From IMG/VR virus record IMGVR_UViG_3300029134_000184: DNA of 64,000 nt. One strand, written 5' to 3'. A program made the position numbers and the translations under genes. The stretch's first letter is position 1. Each line of letters begins with the position of its first letter. Below the pieces are notes generated by a model, which was not told where the DNA came from, searched no databases, and worked only from the letters and a program-made list of their open reading frames with translations. Positions 10,155-19,377 of this stretch are shown here, piece by piece. Source of the stretch: a virus.

Positions 10155-10308
10155 GATTTTGCAGGAGCGAAGGCTCCTTTTTTTGTGGTTTTTTTAATAT
10201 TTTTTTTGTTTTTTGTGGTTTTTATCGAGAAATTGTTTTTGCATATTAAAAGTGTTAATTAAATTAAAATCTTGTATGCCGGCTTACCGGCAAGAAAGGA
10301 TGGATAAC

Positions 10309-10677
10309 ATGAAAAAAATTACAAACAAGAAATACGAAGCAATCATTCAGGCAAAGAACATCATTTCACAGTTATGCGAGGATGGAGCAATGGATTATGT
10401 TGAGAGTGGTGTTGACGTTGTTCGTAATACCTGTCTGATGAAGGCTCCGGCCTTATTGAAGGAAGCTCTGTTAACAGTGCTGACATCCGGAACTATTAGC
10501 GATAATGGTTTTCAGATGCCTGCTACAGCGTGCTGCTGCGAAAATTTCGCAGTAGTCCGGAAGCAGATGAAGAGGCATTCCCTGAGCCTTCTGGTCTGCG
10601 ACCCACTGGATAAAAGAGCAGACGAAGACGGGTATTTCACAATGCCAGTCTTTGGACAGGTCTTTATTGAGAAATGA
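10309..10677 (+). CDS. hypothetical protein
   Basis: ORF with RBS AAAGGA. Cys-rich C-terminal half. No recognisable family. Confidence 0.45.
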   Translation: MKKITNKKYEAIIQAKNIISQLCEDGAMDYVESGVDVVRNTCLMKAPALLKEALLTVLTSGTISDNGFQMPATACCCENFAVVRKQMKRHSLSLLVCDPLDKRADEDGYFTMPVFGQVFIEK

Positions 10678-10896
10678 TTTTTTGGCCTTCAGAGCAATCT
10701 GGAGGCTTTTTTATCGTGATTTATTTTTTGCATACTATAAATAACAAAACTTATATCTGATAAAGAACGGAAAAAACATGGTTGAAATTTTCGTTCTATT
10801 CCCCTTGCAGCGAAAACTGGGGCGCTGATTTTTTGATAGATTAACTTCCTCTTTTCAGTTCTGCCAAGCAGAACGATGACATAATTTCCTCCTATT

Positions 10897-10930
10897 AAAA
10901 AAACAGACATCTTTGATGTCTGTTTTTTTG
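10897..10930. terminator. bidirectional rho-independent terminator
   Basis: AAAAAAACAGACATCTTTGATGTCTGTTTTTTT. Confidence 0.7.
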
Positions 10931-10932
10931 TT

Positions 10933-11865
10933 CTAATTCTTTAAACTATTCTGAACCCTTTTAACATAAGCAGCTATATGCGGGGCTGTCTGCTCAAGAC
11001 CGTCCGGGTCTTCCAAGCTTAACCTGAAAGCCTCTGCAAAATATTCTGCATTATTGCATATATTCTCATCTTCCAAGTCGTATTTCTGTTGTAAGGCTGT
11101 TGCCTCCGATTCGTGTGATTGGGTGACTACGTTAGAGTCAGAACGCCCGGTAGCTGATACCTGGAAATCTACCGCATGTCCGAGCTCGTGGTAGATGGTA
11201 TCTTTAAGGCTTACGGCATCACATCTGAGATACATTTTCCTTTCATCAATTCCTCCTCCAGATTGTATGTATGTCAGGCCATTGACAACCATTCCTTCAT
11301 CCATGTCAGCGGTTGACTCACCTTCCAGATAAGCGGCGGGATTGTTGCACATACAGATTTCATAACTTTGTAAAATCTGAATGTATTGGTCATCAAGCGT
11401 ATTGAAGATATCTGTGGCAAGTCCGATATACAGATTGCATGCATCGGTTTCACCAAAGATGTTGAAATTGTATTTCTGCGTTTTGCACAAATACCCATTG
11501 TATACGTATCCGAGATTCGTGTAAGACCATTCATCTCCATCATTTCCAAGTATGCTTATTGATTCGCCCTTTTTGTATGTTCCGACAATCGGGCTGTTCG
11601 CATCGGCTGACTGATGGATGTTGAGGTCAGTGACCGTGTAACAGATACCCTCCGGCGGGTCTGGCTTTGTGTTGTAAAGCGATAGGTCTTCAACCGGTGC
11701 GGGCGTTTGTTCGGTTGTCTGTTCCGGTGCTGCCGGCTGCTCCTCAACTATCTGCTGCCCGGAGTCTGAAATTCTCAGGTCTGGCAGGTCTGCCGTTGCA
11801 AATGCCGGTATATTAGTTGTTAAAATTGCTGCTGTTAAAGCAGCAAGTGTAAGTATCTTTTTCAT
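10933..11865 (-). CDS. secreted HExxH zinc metalloprotease (anthrax lethal factor / Pro-Pro endopeptidase-like)
   Basis: Signal peptide MKKILTLAALTAAILTTNIPAFA. TIYHELGHAVDF ... NAEYFAEAF. Paralogue of the C-terminal domain of 6462..7514. RBS AAAAGGAGG. Confidence 0.7.
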   Translation of the reverse strand: MKKILTLAALTAAILTTNIPAFATADLPDLRISDSGQQIVEEQPAAPEQTTEQTPAPVEDLSLYNTKPDPPEGICYTVTDLNIHQSADANSPIVGTYKKGESISILGNDGDEWSYTNLGYVYNGYLCKTQKYNFNIFGETDACNLYIGLATDIFNTLDDQYIQILQSYEICMCNNPAAYLEGESTADMDEGMVVNGLTYIQSGGGIDERKMYLRCDAVSLKDTIYHELGHAVDFQVSATGRSDSNVVTQSHESEATALQQKYDLEDENICNNAEYFAEAFRLSLEDPDGLEQTAPHIAAYVKRVQNSLKN

Positions 11866-11966
11866 TTCTTTCCTCCTTTTGCTGCATATACAATATGCAA
11901 AAAATCCGCAAAAATTTGACAATTTTAAAAACGGCTGTTAAATTAAAAGAAAAAGGAGGTAAGAAT

Positions 11967-12419
11967 ATGTGTCGTGCCGTTTCGTATAATGCAGATGCCT
12001 GCTGCAGAAAGCTATATTCATCTTACAGCTCCGCAAATACACCGAGAAGAGCAAAAATAAGCCTTAAAGAAAGCCATATAATGATTCGCGCCCTGCAGGT
12101 AAAAATAGCAAGAAAAGAAGACAAAAAATATTCCCTTGATGAAAAGGTCGTGCCGTTCATCGGGTTTGAGGAAGCAGAGTTTGTGAAATCCATGAAAAGG
12201 TCAAAGATAGATAAAAAAATAGTTTTGGAGGCAAGAAAAAAAAGTACAAAAAATGAAGAGATAAAAAGGTTATGCTCCGCCTTGACAAAACTGCAGAATC
12301 AGCCTGATTGCAGTTATGAATTATGTACGGCATTGTATGATGCCCGGCTGATGATGGGGTCGCTGCAGAGAAGACTGAAAGATGATGAAGATAAAGATGA
12401 AGATATACCGTTTAACTAG
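11967..12419 (+). CDS. hypothetical protein
   Basis: ORF with RBS AAAGGAGG. Basic N-terminus, acidic C-terminus. Confidence 0.45.
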   Translation: MCRAVSYNADACCRKLYSSYSSANTPRRAKISLKESHIMIRALQVKIARKEDKKYSLDEKVVPFIGFEEAEFVKSMKRSKIDKKIVLEARKKSTKNEEIKRLCSALTKLQNQPDCSYELCTALYDARLMMGSLQRRLKDDEDKDEDIPFN

Positions 12420-12496
12420 GCGCCGGATTTTCCGGCGTTATTTTTTTTGCAAAAATCCGGCATATTGGAAGTGTAAAAATTTTTTGAGAAATTTGC

Positions 12497-12660
12497 CGTC
12501 GCATCCTTGTGACTTTGATAACTCATCGGCTACGCCGAATTCGTTACCAGATTTCAATAGTCATGAGTTAGACGGCTCTGCTTTTTAAATACATAAAAAT
12601 ATCGTTTATGCTTGCTCTGGTAACGAGTCGGCAACGGCGAGTTATCACGACGTTTTATTT
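12497..12660. repeat. intergenic long imperfect hairpin element (copy A of a repeat family)
   Basis: Left arm GATAACTCATCGGCTACGCCGAATTCGTTACC pairs with right arm GGTAACGAGTCGGCAACGGCGAGTTATC. The ~95-bp core is repeated at 39357..39446 with 3 mismatches. Related arms at 26765..26830 and 42368..42400. Confidence 0.5.
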
Positions 12661-12740
12661 CTCTACATTTCGGTGTAGAGAAATTTTTTATTTTCACAAA
12701 TTTTTTTTTGCAAAAAACCGTCCCATTCCTAATTTTTTCA

Positions 12741-12755
12741 GCATATTAAATATGC
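12741..12755 (+). promoter_or_regulatory. element-specific promoter motif (perfect palindrome GCATATTAAATATGC)
   Basis: One of >45 copies of GCATATTRWATRT located 25-45 nt upstream of start codons. Confidence 0.5.
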
Positions 12756-12797
12756 AAGAAATTTAAATACAAATTTTTACAAAAGGAGGTGTCTTGT

Positions 12798-14168
12798 ATG
12801 GAAATCACTTCAAGTTATCAAATAGAAATCTTATCAAATACGGATATGAAAAACACAGTGCAGATTTACCGCAAGGCACTTGCTTTTGTTATCGATGTAT
12901 GTGATAAAGAATGGGGAAACATTTCTGTTCTCGGTGGCACAAAAGAAAAAGACCACTATGTGGAGAAATTAATCCATCCAACCAAAAGCAATCCAAACCC
13001 TAAATATCCATTTGATATCAAGGGGTCAGAGTTTTATAAATTTCCATCATATCTCAAAAGAGCGGTTATTGCTGAAGCAATCGGTGCTGTAAGCAGCTAC
13101 CACAGTAATTATAAGAACTGGGAAGATAATGGAAAGAAGGGAAAGGCTCCAGCGTTACAGGTAGACAGGCATGCAATGCCGGTGTTCTACAACCAGAACA
13201 TGTACAAGGAAGACGCACCTAAAAATGCCAAATATCCAAAAGACATGAATCCAGGCGACAGCAATATCAGATGGTTAAAGTTATATCAGAATAACGACTG
13301 GGTGTGGGTTCCTGTCAGATTAAGAAAAACTGATATTAATTATATCAATAAATACTGGGGAGCATGTGAAGATAAAAGCGCCCCGGCCTTAGAAAAAATA
13401 CATAACAAATACTACCTGAGATTTTCTTTTACGGAAACCGTAATTTTAAGCGATACACCTATTGCAGAACAGATTATCTGTGCAGTAGACCTTGGAATCA
13501 ATACGGACGCAGTATGCAGCATAATGAAAGCAGATGGAACTATCCTTGCAAGAAAGTTTATCGATTTTACAAGTGACAAAGACCGGATGATTCATGCTAT
13601 GAACAGAACACGCCGTAAGCAGTCCAAGTATGGGCCAAAAAGTGCCAAAAGCCTTTGGGCTTATGTAAAACGCTTAAACGAAGACCGTGCAAAGAAAATA
13701 TCAGCGGCAATCGTAGAATTTGCATCCCAGCATTCCGTAGATGCTATCGTAATGGAGCATCTGGACTTCAAGGGATGCAAGAAACGGGGCAGTAAGGCGC
13801 AGAGATTGTCTATGTGGAATCACGGAATCATCCGTGAGAAGGTAGAGCAAAAAGCGCACCTCCTCGGTATAAGGATTGCGACAATCTGTGCATGGAAAAC
13901 AAGCGCTCTTGCTTTTGATGGAAGTGGAAGCGTTGCCAGAGATGATAATAACCATGCACTTGCAGCGTTCACGACAGGTAAACAGTATAACTGCGACCTG
14001 AGCGCCAGCTACAATATCGGCGCCAGATATTTTATCCGTGAACTCCTTAAATCTCTTCCGGCGACGGAAGAGTCCCGCGTAAAGGCAAAAGTTCCTGACG
14101 CTGGGCGTAGAACCTCCTGTACATTATCAACACTGCGGGCGCTTGTAAAAGAGCTTTCCGCAGCATAG
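12798..14168 (+). CDS. TnpB-like RuvC nuclease with degenerate (cysteine-less) zinc-finger region
   Basis: RuvC-I ICAVDLGINTDAV, RuvC-II AIVMEHLDFKG, RuvC-III YNCDLSASYNIGARYF. The TSQTCxxCG zinc-finger position reads TSALAFDGSG with no Cys pairs. Confidence 0.7.
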   Translation: MEITSSYQIEILSNTDMKNTVQIYRKALAFVIDVCDKEWGNISVLGGTKEKDHYVEKLIHPTKSNPNPKYPFDIKGSEFYKFPSYLKRAVIAEAIGAVSSYHSNYKNWEDNGKKGKAPALQVDRHAMPVFYNQNMYKEDAPKNAKYPKDMNPGDSNIRWLKLYQNNDWVWVPVRLRKTDINYINKYWGACEDKSAPALEKIHNKYYLRFSFTETVILSDTPIAEQIICAVDLGINTDAVCSIMKADGTILARKFIDFTSDKDRMIHAMNRTRRKQSKYGPKSAKSLWAYVKRLNEDRAKKISAAIVEFASQHSVDAIVMEHLDFKGCKKRGSKAQRLSMWNHGIIREKVEQKAHLLGIRIATICAWKTSALAFDGSGSVARDDNNHALAAFTTGKQYNCDLSASYNIGARYFIRELLKSLPATEESRVKAKVPDAGRRTSCTLSTLRALVKELSAA

Positions 14169-14375
14169 AAATGTATTTGCCCACCTGTCTATGTTCTAGT
14201 TTTCGTGTGGGTCTCTGTTTCGTCAGATTCAGAGATTCAGTATCCTCCTGGGTACTCTAACTAAGCTTAAACCGTATTCAGAGACAGGGCGCTTTACCGA
14301 TTAAAAAGGTAGAGGGGGCATGACACATTACTTGAAGCACGTGACTTAAGTCATGTGAGGTTCACAGAGGAAAAA
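14169..14375 (+). ncRNA. candidate guide/omega-RNA region of the TnpB-like gene
   Basis: ORF-free stretch 3' of the nuclease gene with internal complementarity (GTCTCTG..CAGAGAC; palindrome TGACTTAAGTCA). By analogy only. Confidence 0.2.
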
Positions 14376-14379
14376 GAAA

Positions 14380-15624
14380 ATGCAAAAATTTGATGAAGTT
14401 GCAGTAATTCGCGGGATAAAGAATTGGGAAGAGGCAGAATTTTTGCTGGGATTCTTGAGGTTTTCCGGGATTTCGACTGTGGAATATGTGTACAACGATT
14501 TGTTTGATGGATTCAATAAATATATTAAAAAGAGCAAAAACAAGTTTGACGCTGTTCTATATATAAACGATTCTGGCAGCAGATATCTTCGCTGGTTTGA
14601 AAATCTTGGTGTGGCTAATATACAGCTTGATTTTTCTGGAGCCGGGGAGTTGGCAGGAATGTTAAAAGATATCTTTTCGGAAGTGTATCTCGTGGAGCAG
14701 GCAGAACATGAAGGGGAGCTTCGGCCGATTCAGGTTGATGCCGGAGAAGAAAAGGCTGAAAAAAATAAAGAAAGTAGTATGTTCGCTGACGCGCTTGTCG
14801 TTTTTGGCGTGCTGGCTGATGTGTATTGCAAAAATGGATTGGCGGATGAAATTGGAAACGGCAAAAAATATTCGCCGCGGGAAAAGTTTAACCGCTGGCT
14901 GACCCCTGATGAGGTTGATGAGATTACAAGGAGGATTGAGATATGGAAGCATGCATTGTCTGGCCTGGAAGATGCTGGAGAGCTGAAATGCTTTGGGGCT
15001 GAACATATTTCTTATGCGAAGCTTTTCTGCAAAAAAGAAATTTTCTGTCTGGAACGTATGGTTGGTAAACAATCTTATACCATTTCAGATATAACCGGAA
15101 AAGCCGAAACCCTGGCGGTAAAATCCACGATGCCGGCGGCAAAAGAGATTCAGGCTGAACTATATGAGTGGTCTGATGTGGACTCGCTGTCGGTTGTAAT
15201 ACAACACGAAGCTGTGGAGAAATACAGGGTTGATGCGTGTAAGAGCGAAGCGCTGTTCAGACTTGGAGTCTTATATAAAAAACAGGGAAAAAGCGAGCAG
15301 GCAGAATGTATGTTTGAACGGGCGTTTAAGTGTAATTCTGTAAATTTTAAAGCTATTTTTTCAATCGCCATGCATGCACTGCAGAATGGAAGGTATGATG
15401 AGGCGGAGACGTGGCTGAAAAATATGTTATGCATTCTGCAATTAGACGTTAACAACAATGCGGTATGCGAAGGGAATCTGAAGCTTTTAACGCCGAAAGA
15501 ACTGGCGTATGCCAAAAAATGCTATGCCAATCTGTATAAGATTGCCTGCCGCAAAAATGATGACAATAATTTGTACTACAAAGCAATGAAAGAAAAAGCT
15601 GAAGGCGCGTTTCCGTATTCTTAA
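14380..15624 (+). CDS. hypothetical protein with C-terminal TPR-like repeats
   Basis: C-terminal helical repeats (EALFRLGVLYKKQGKSEQAECMFERAFK ... YDEAETWLKNM). RBS GAGGAAAAAG. Confidence 0.5.
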   Translation: MQKFDEVAVIRGIKNWEEAEFLLGFLRFSGISTVEYVYNDLFDGFNKYIKKSKNKFDAVLYINDSGSRYLRWFENLGVANIQLDFSGAGELAGMLKDIFSEVYLVEQAEHEGELRPIQVDAGEEKAEKNKESSMFADALVVFGVLADVYCKNGLADEIGNGKKYSPREKFNRWLTPDEVDEITRRIEIWKHALSGLEDAGELKCFGAEHISYAKLFCKKEIFCLERMVGKQSYTISDITGKAETLAVKSTMPAAKEIQAELYEWSDVDSLSVVIQHEAVEKYRVDACKSEALFRLGVLYKKQGKSEQAECMFERAFKCNSVNFKAIFSIAMHALQNGRYDEAETWLKNMLCILQLDVNNNAVCEGNLKLLTPKELAYAKKCYANLYKIACRKNDDNNLYYKAMKEKAEGAFPYS

Positions 15625-15825
15625 AAATTCAGCATATTAAATATAGCAAAAGGCACCAGGGCTTTTCGTCGAGGGTGTCTTTTTTTTACCACAAGTACAA
15701 AAAAAATCAAAAAGGAGATGCAAAAATGCGAAATATTATGCAGCCGGATTTCCGGCATATTGAAGATGTAAACAAAGTTTCAAAAGAAACTACAAAAATA
15801 AGAAAGGAAAACAGGAGGTAACAAT

Positions 15826-18800
15826 ATGGATATTAGAACAGAAGAAAGATATGAAGACGATTTTAATCAGGGCAATTTATTCATCATGAAACGTTCAGGA
15901 GAAAGAGTCCCGTTTGATGAAAGTAAAATCGTGAGGGCTATTGAAAAGGCAAATGCCGAGGTAACAATCCCTCTTGAAAAGATGAGTGAGGAAAAGATTG
16001 AAGAAATTGCAGCTCAGATTAAGCGTGATGCAGAAAATGCAGGCAGAGACCTGTCAGTGGAGGAAATCCAGGATAAAGTGGAAGACTCACTGATGATTGC
16101 CGGATACTGCACGCTGGCAAGATTATATATCACTTACAGATATAAACATAACCTTGACAGAAAGAAATCTACACTTGATAAGAAGATTGAAAGCCTTATC
16201 AATGTGAAAGTTAACAAAGACGGCAGCGTAAGCGGCAGCAATGAGGAGGTAAACCAGGAAAACAGCAATAAGGACACAAAAGTACTTTCAGTACAGCGTG
16301 ACTATATGGCTGGTGAGTGGTCAAGGGAGTATACAAGTAGAAACCTGCTTCCGGAAGATGTGGTGAATGCACACCGAAGCGGTCTGATTCATGTACATGA
16401 TACGGATTATATGGCCCAGCCGGAAGGAAACTGCTGTCTCATTAATCTTGAAGACATGCTGCAGAATGAAACCTGTATTTCTGGTACTAAGATTGAAAGG
16501 CCGAAGTCATTCATGACTGCTTCAACCGTTGCAAGCCAAATTATCGCTCAGGTTGCCAGCAGCCAGTATGGCGGTCAGACAATCAGCCTGGCACATCTCG
16601 CTCCGTTCGTTGACATATCAAGACAGAAGATTTTAAAGAGGCTGTCAAAAGAAATGTCCGATATTGGCATTGAAGTAACCGAAGAAAAATTAAAAGAACT
16701 CGCTGAAAAAGAAGTAAGAAAAGAAGTTGAGAATGGCTGTCAGACATTGCAGTATCAACTTATCACTTTACAGACAACAAATGGACAGGCTCCTTTTGTG
16801 ACTGTGTTCATGTATCTGAATGAGGCAAAAAATGAGAGGGAAAAAGAAGACCTGGCGCTTTTGATTGAAGTAATGTTTAAACAGAGAATGCTTGGCGTTA
16901 AGGATAGCAGTGGTTATTATATCACTCCGGCTTTCCCGAAACTGATTTACTGCCTGCAGGAAGATAATATCAGTGAAGATGGTAAATACTGGTATCTGAC
17001 AGAGCTTGCAGCAAAATGTACTGCCAAGAGAATGGTTCCGGATTATATTTCTGAAAAGAAGATGCTGGAGCTTAAAGGGGATGTGTACCCCAGCATGGGA
17101 TGCGTTGATGGAAAAGAAGTTGTAACATATAAATACAACGGAAAAGTCTATGTTGAAGCATTTGAAAGAATGTGGAATAGATTAGGAAAATACTTTGAAA
17201 TCAATCTGCAGGAAAATGGAAAAGACTATGTGATGAAAACCCCTGGCGTTATGATTTATGACCAGTGTAAGGGATTCGTTGATAACTACGGAATTATCAA
17301 AAACCATAATTCCGAATGGCTGCGGATAAGTTTCTCTAACGGAAGGACTATTACTTGTACTAAAGACCATCCATTTGAGACTTGTGACAATCGGGTTGTA
17401 TATGCAAAAGATTTGAAAGAATCAGATTTGATTGCAATTGATAAAACATCCGATTTTGCACCTGAATACACTTATTCCATGAAGACAAATCGTGCATGGC
17501 TTTATGGCTTTACGTTATGTGATTCTACTTATTATGACAGCATCATTGCCTCAATTGCACAGGATGGTGAACAGGAAATCAAAGATATGTTTGTCAATAC
17601 TATCAAAAGCGAATATGGACTTGATGTAACAGATACGGAGAGACACAGAGGAGTTAGAGGTAATTATATTGACTTACTTGTTAATTCTGATGGTACTAAT
17701 ACATACCGTAATCTCAGACTTGATTTGGCATGCTCTTTTGAGGGTAAAGCTAAAAACGACAGGCATATTCCAAATGAAGTTTTTTCCTGGACAAAAGAAG
17801 CAAAGCTTGCATTTTTGGCAGGAATGATTGATGCTGACGGTTATCTTAGTACACATATGAAAAAGGCAAAAATGCTAATTGGCTCAACAAACAAGGAGCT
17901 TGCCATTCAGCAGATGCTTTTAGCACAGTCTTGCGGAATGTTTGCTGTGATTTATCCGAATCGTTATAAAACAAACAGAAGGGATAAAATCAGATATCGT
18001 GTTGAATTCACACCAACTGAAGAGCTGCTGACATTTATCCAGTGTGAGAAGAAAGTAGCTCTGCATGATTCAATCCTTGGAAATACAAATGCAAGCATCG
18101 CGTCTGAGTCAACATGTCATATTACAAAAGTTGAAGAGATAAATGAAGAAGGCTTTAGTTATGATGTTACAACCGCAAGCGAACATTTTACAGTTTCAGG
18201 ACTTTATAGTCATAACTGCAGAAGTTTCCTTACTCCTGACAGATGCAGCGAGAAGGTTGGAAATATCGCTCATGCCCTTAATTATGAAGAGGGTAAGCAT
18301 AAATATTACGGCCGCTTCAATCAGGGTGTTGTAACAATCAATCTTATTGATGTTGCATGCTCATCAGAAGGCGATGAGGACAGGTTCTGGAAAATCCTTG
18401 AAGAGAGACTTAACTTATGCCATAAAGCACTTCGTGCAAAACATGAAAGGCTGCTTGGAACACCGTCAGATGTGGCACCGATTCAGTGGCAGTACGGAGC
18501 ACTTGCAAGGTTAAAACCTGGCGAAGTAATTGACCCGCTGCTGTTCAACGGATATTCAACTATTTCTCTTGGATATGCCGGTTTGGCTGAATGCGTGTAC
18601 TTCATGAAGCATGAATCTCATACTTCTGAAAACGGAAAAGAGTTTGGCTTGAAAGTTATGCAGGCGCTGAATGATGCCTGTGGTAAATGGAAAACAGAAG
18701 AAAATATTGATTATTCTGTATATGGTACCCCGTTGGAATCGACAACGTATAAATTTGCAAAATGTCTGCAGAAACGTTTTGGTAAAATCCCGGGAGTGAC

Positions 18801-19284
18801 AGACAAGAATTATATTACAAATTCCTATCATATCAGAGTAACAGAAAATATCAATGCTTTTGACAAGCTGACAAAAGAAGCAGAGTTCCAGAAACTGTCT
18901 CCTGGCGGGGCAATCTCATATGTTGAGGTGCCTAATATGCAGGGAAACATTCCGGCGGTTCTTGCAATCATCAAACATATCTACAATACAATTCTTTATG
19001 CTGAACTGAATACAAAGTCAGACCAGTGTGAGGCTTGTGGATATAATGGAGAAATCCAGATTGTGAACAAAGACGGCAAGCTGATTTGGCGCTGCCCGCA
19101 GTGCGGATGTACAGACCAGAACAAGATGCACGTTGCCAGAAGGACTTGTGGATATATCGGAACGCAGTATTGGAACCAGGGAAGGACTCAGGAAATCGCA
19201 GAACGTGTATTACACGTATCTGTTGATGAAGATGAATCTGAACAGAAACCAGTAAAAATACTGCCAAAATGTGTTGTTGCTTAA
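15826..19284 (+). CDS. nrdD: anaerobic ribonucleoside-triphosphate reductase NrdD (class III), interrupted by an intein
   Basis: ATP-cone N-terminus. C-terminal zinc ribbon CEACGY...CPQCGC and glycyl-radical motif RTCGYIG. The extein junction PSMG|C...SHN|CRSFL matches the conserved NrdD MGCRSFL block. Confidence 0.9.
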   Translation: MDIRTEERYEDDFNQGNLFIMKRSGERVPFDESKIVRAIEKANAEVTIPLEKMSEEKIEEIAAQIKRDAENAGRDLSVEEIQDKVEDSLMIAGYCTLARLYITYRYKHNLDRKKSTLDKKIESLINVKVNKDGSVSGSNEEVNQENSNKDTKVLSVQRDYMAGEWSREYTSRNLLPEDVVNAHRSGLIHVHDTDYMAQPEGNCCLINLEDMLQNETCISGTKIERPKSFMTASTVASQIIAQVASSQYGGQTISLAHLAPFVDISRQKILKRLSKEMSDIGIEVTEEKLKELAEKEVRKEVENGCQTLQYQLITLQTTNGQAPFVTVFMYLNEAKNEREKEDLALLIEVMFKQRMLGVKDSSGYYITPAFPKLIYCLQEDNISEDGKYWYLTELAAKCTAKRMVPDYISEKKMLELKGDVYPSMGCVDGKEVVTYKYNGKVYVEAFERMWNRLGKYFEINLQENGKDYVMKTPGVMIYDQCKGFVDNYGIIKNHNSEWLRISFSNGRTITCTKDHPFETCDNRVVYAKDLKESDLIAIDKTSDFAPEYTYSMKTNRAWLYGFTLCDSTYYDSIIASIAQDGEQEIKDMFVNTIKSEYGLDVTDTERHRGVRGNYIDLLVNSDGTNTYRNLRLDLACSFEGKAKNDRHIPNEVFSWTKEAKLAFLAGMIDADGYLSTHMKKAKMLIGSTNKELAIQQMLLAQSCGMFAVIYPNRYKTNRRDKIRYRVEFTPTEELLTFIQCEKKVALHDSILGNTNASIASESTCHITKVEEINEEGFSYDVTTASEHFTVSGLYSHNCRSFLTPDRCSEKVGNIAHALNYEEGKHKYYGRFNQGVVTINLIDVACSSEGDEDRFWKILEERLNLCHKALRAKHERLLGTPSDVAPIQWQYGALARLKPGEVIDPLLFNGYSTISLGYAGLAECVYFMKHESHTSENGKEFGLKVMQALNDACGKWKTEENIDYSVYGTPLESTTYKFAKCLQKRFGKIPGVTDKNYITNSYHIRVTENINAFDKLTKEAEFQKLSPGGAISYVEVPNMQGNIPAVLAIIKHIYNTILYAELNTKSDQCEACGYNGEIQIVNKDGKLIWRCPQCGCTDQNKMHVARRTCGYIGTQYWNQGRTQEIAERVLHVSVDEDESEQKPVKILPKCVVA
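17101..18216 (+). mobile_element. intein with LAGLIDADG homing-endonuclease domain inside nrdD
   Basis: Begins with Cys (CVDGKEVV) and ends SHN before extein Cys. Two LAGLIDADG blocks (LYGFTLCDSTYY, LAGMIDADGYLS). Confidence 0.8.
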
Positions 19285-19377
19285 ATCAAGTGGTGCAGGC
19301 TTACGCCTGCATCACTTTTGTATGCAGAAAAATCCTGCATATTAAAGATACAAAAAATCAAGAAAGGAAGAAAAATT

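Noticed and set aside
12382-12588. 68-aa ORF spanning the hairpin repeat upstream of the TnpB-like gene
   Set aside because: No RBS. Overlaps the long inverted repeat, which is more plausibly an RNA/DNA structural element.
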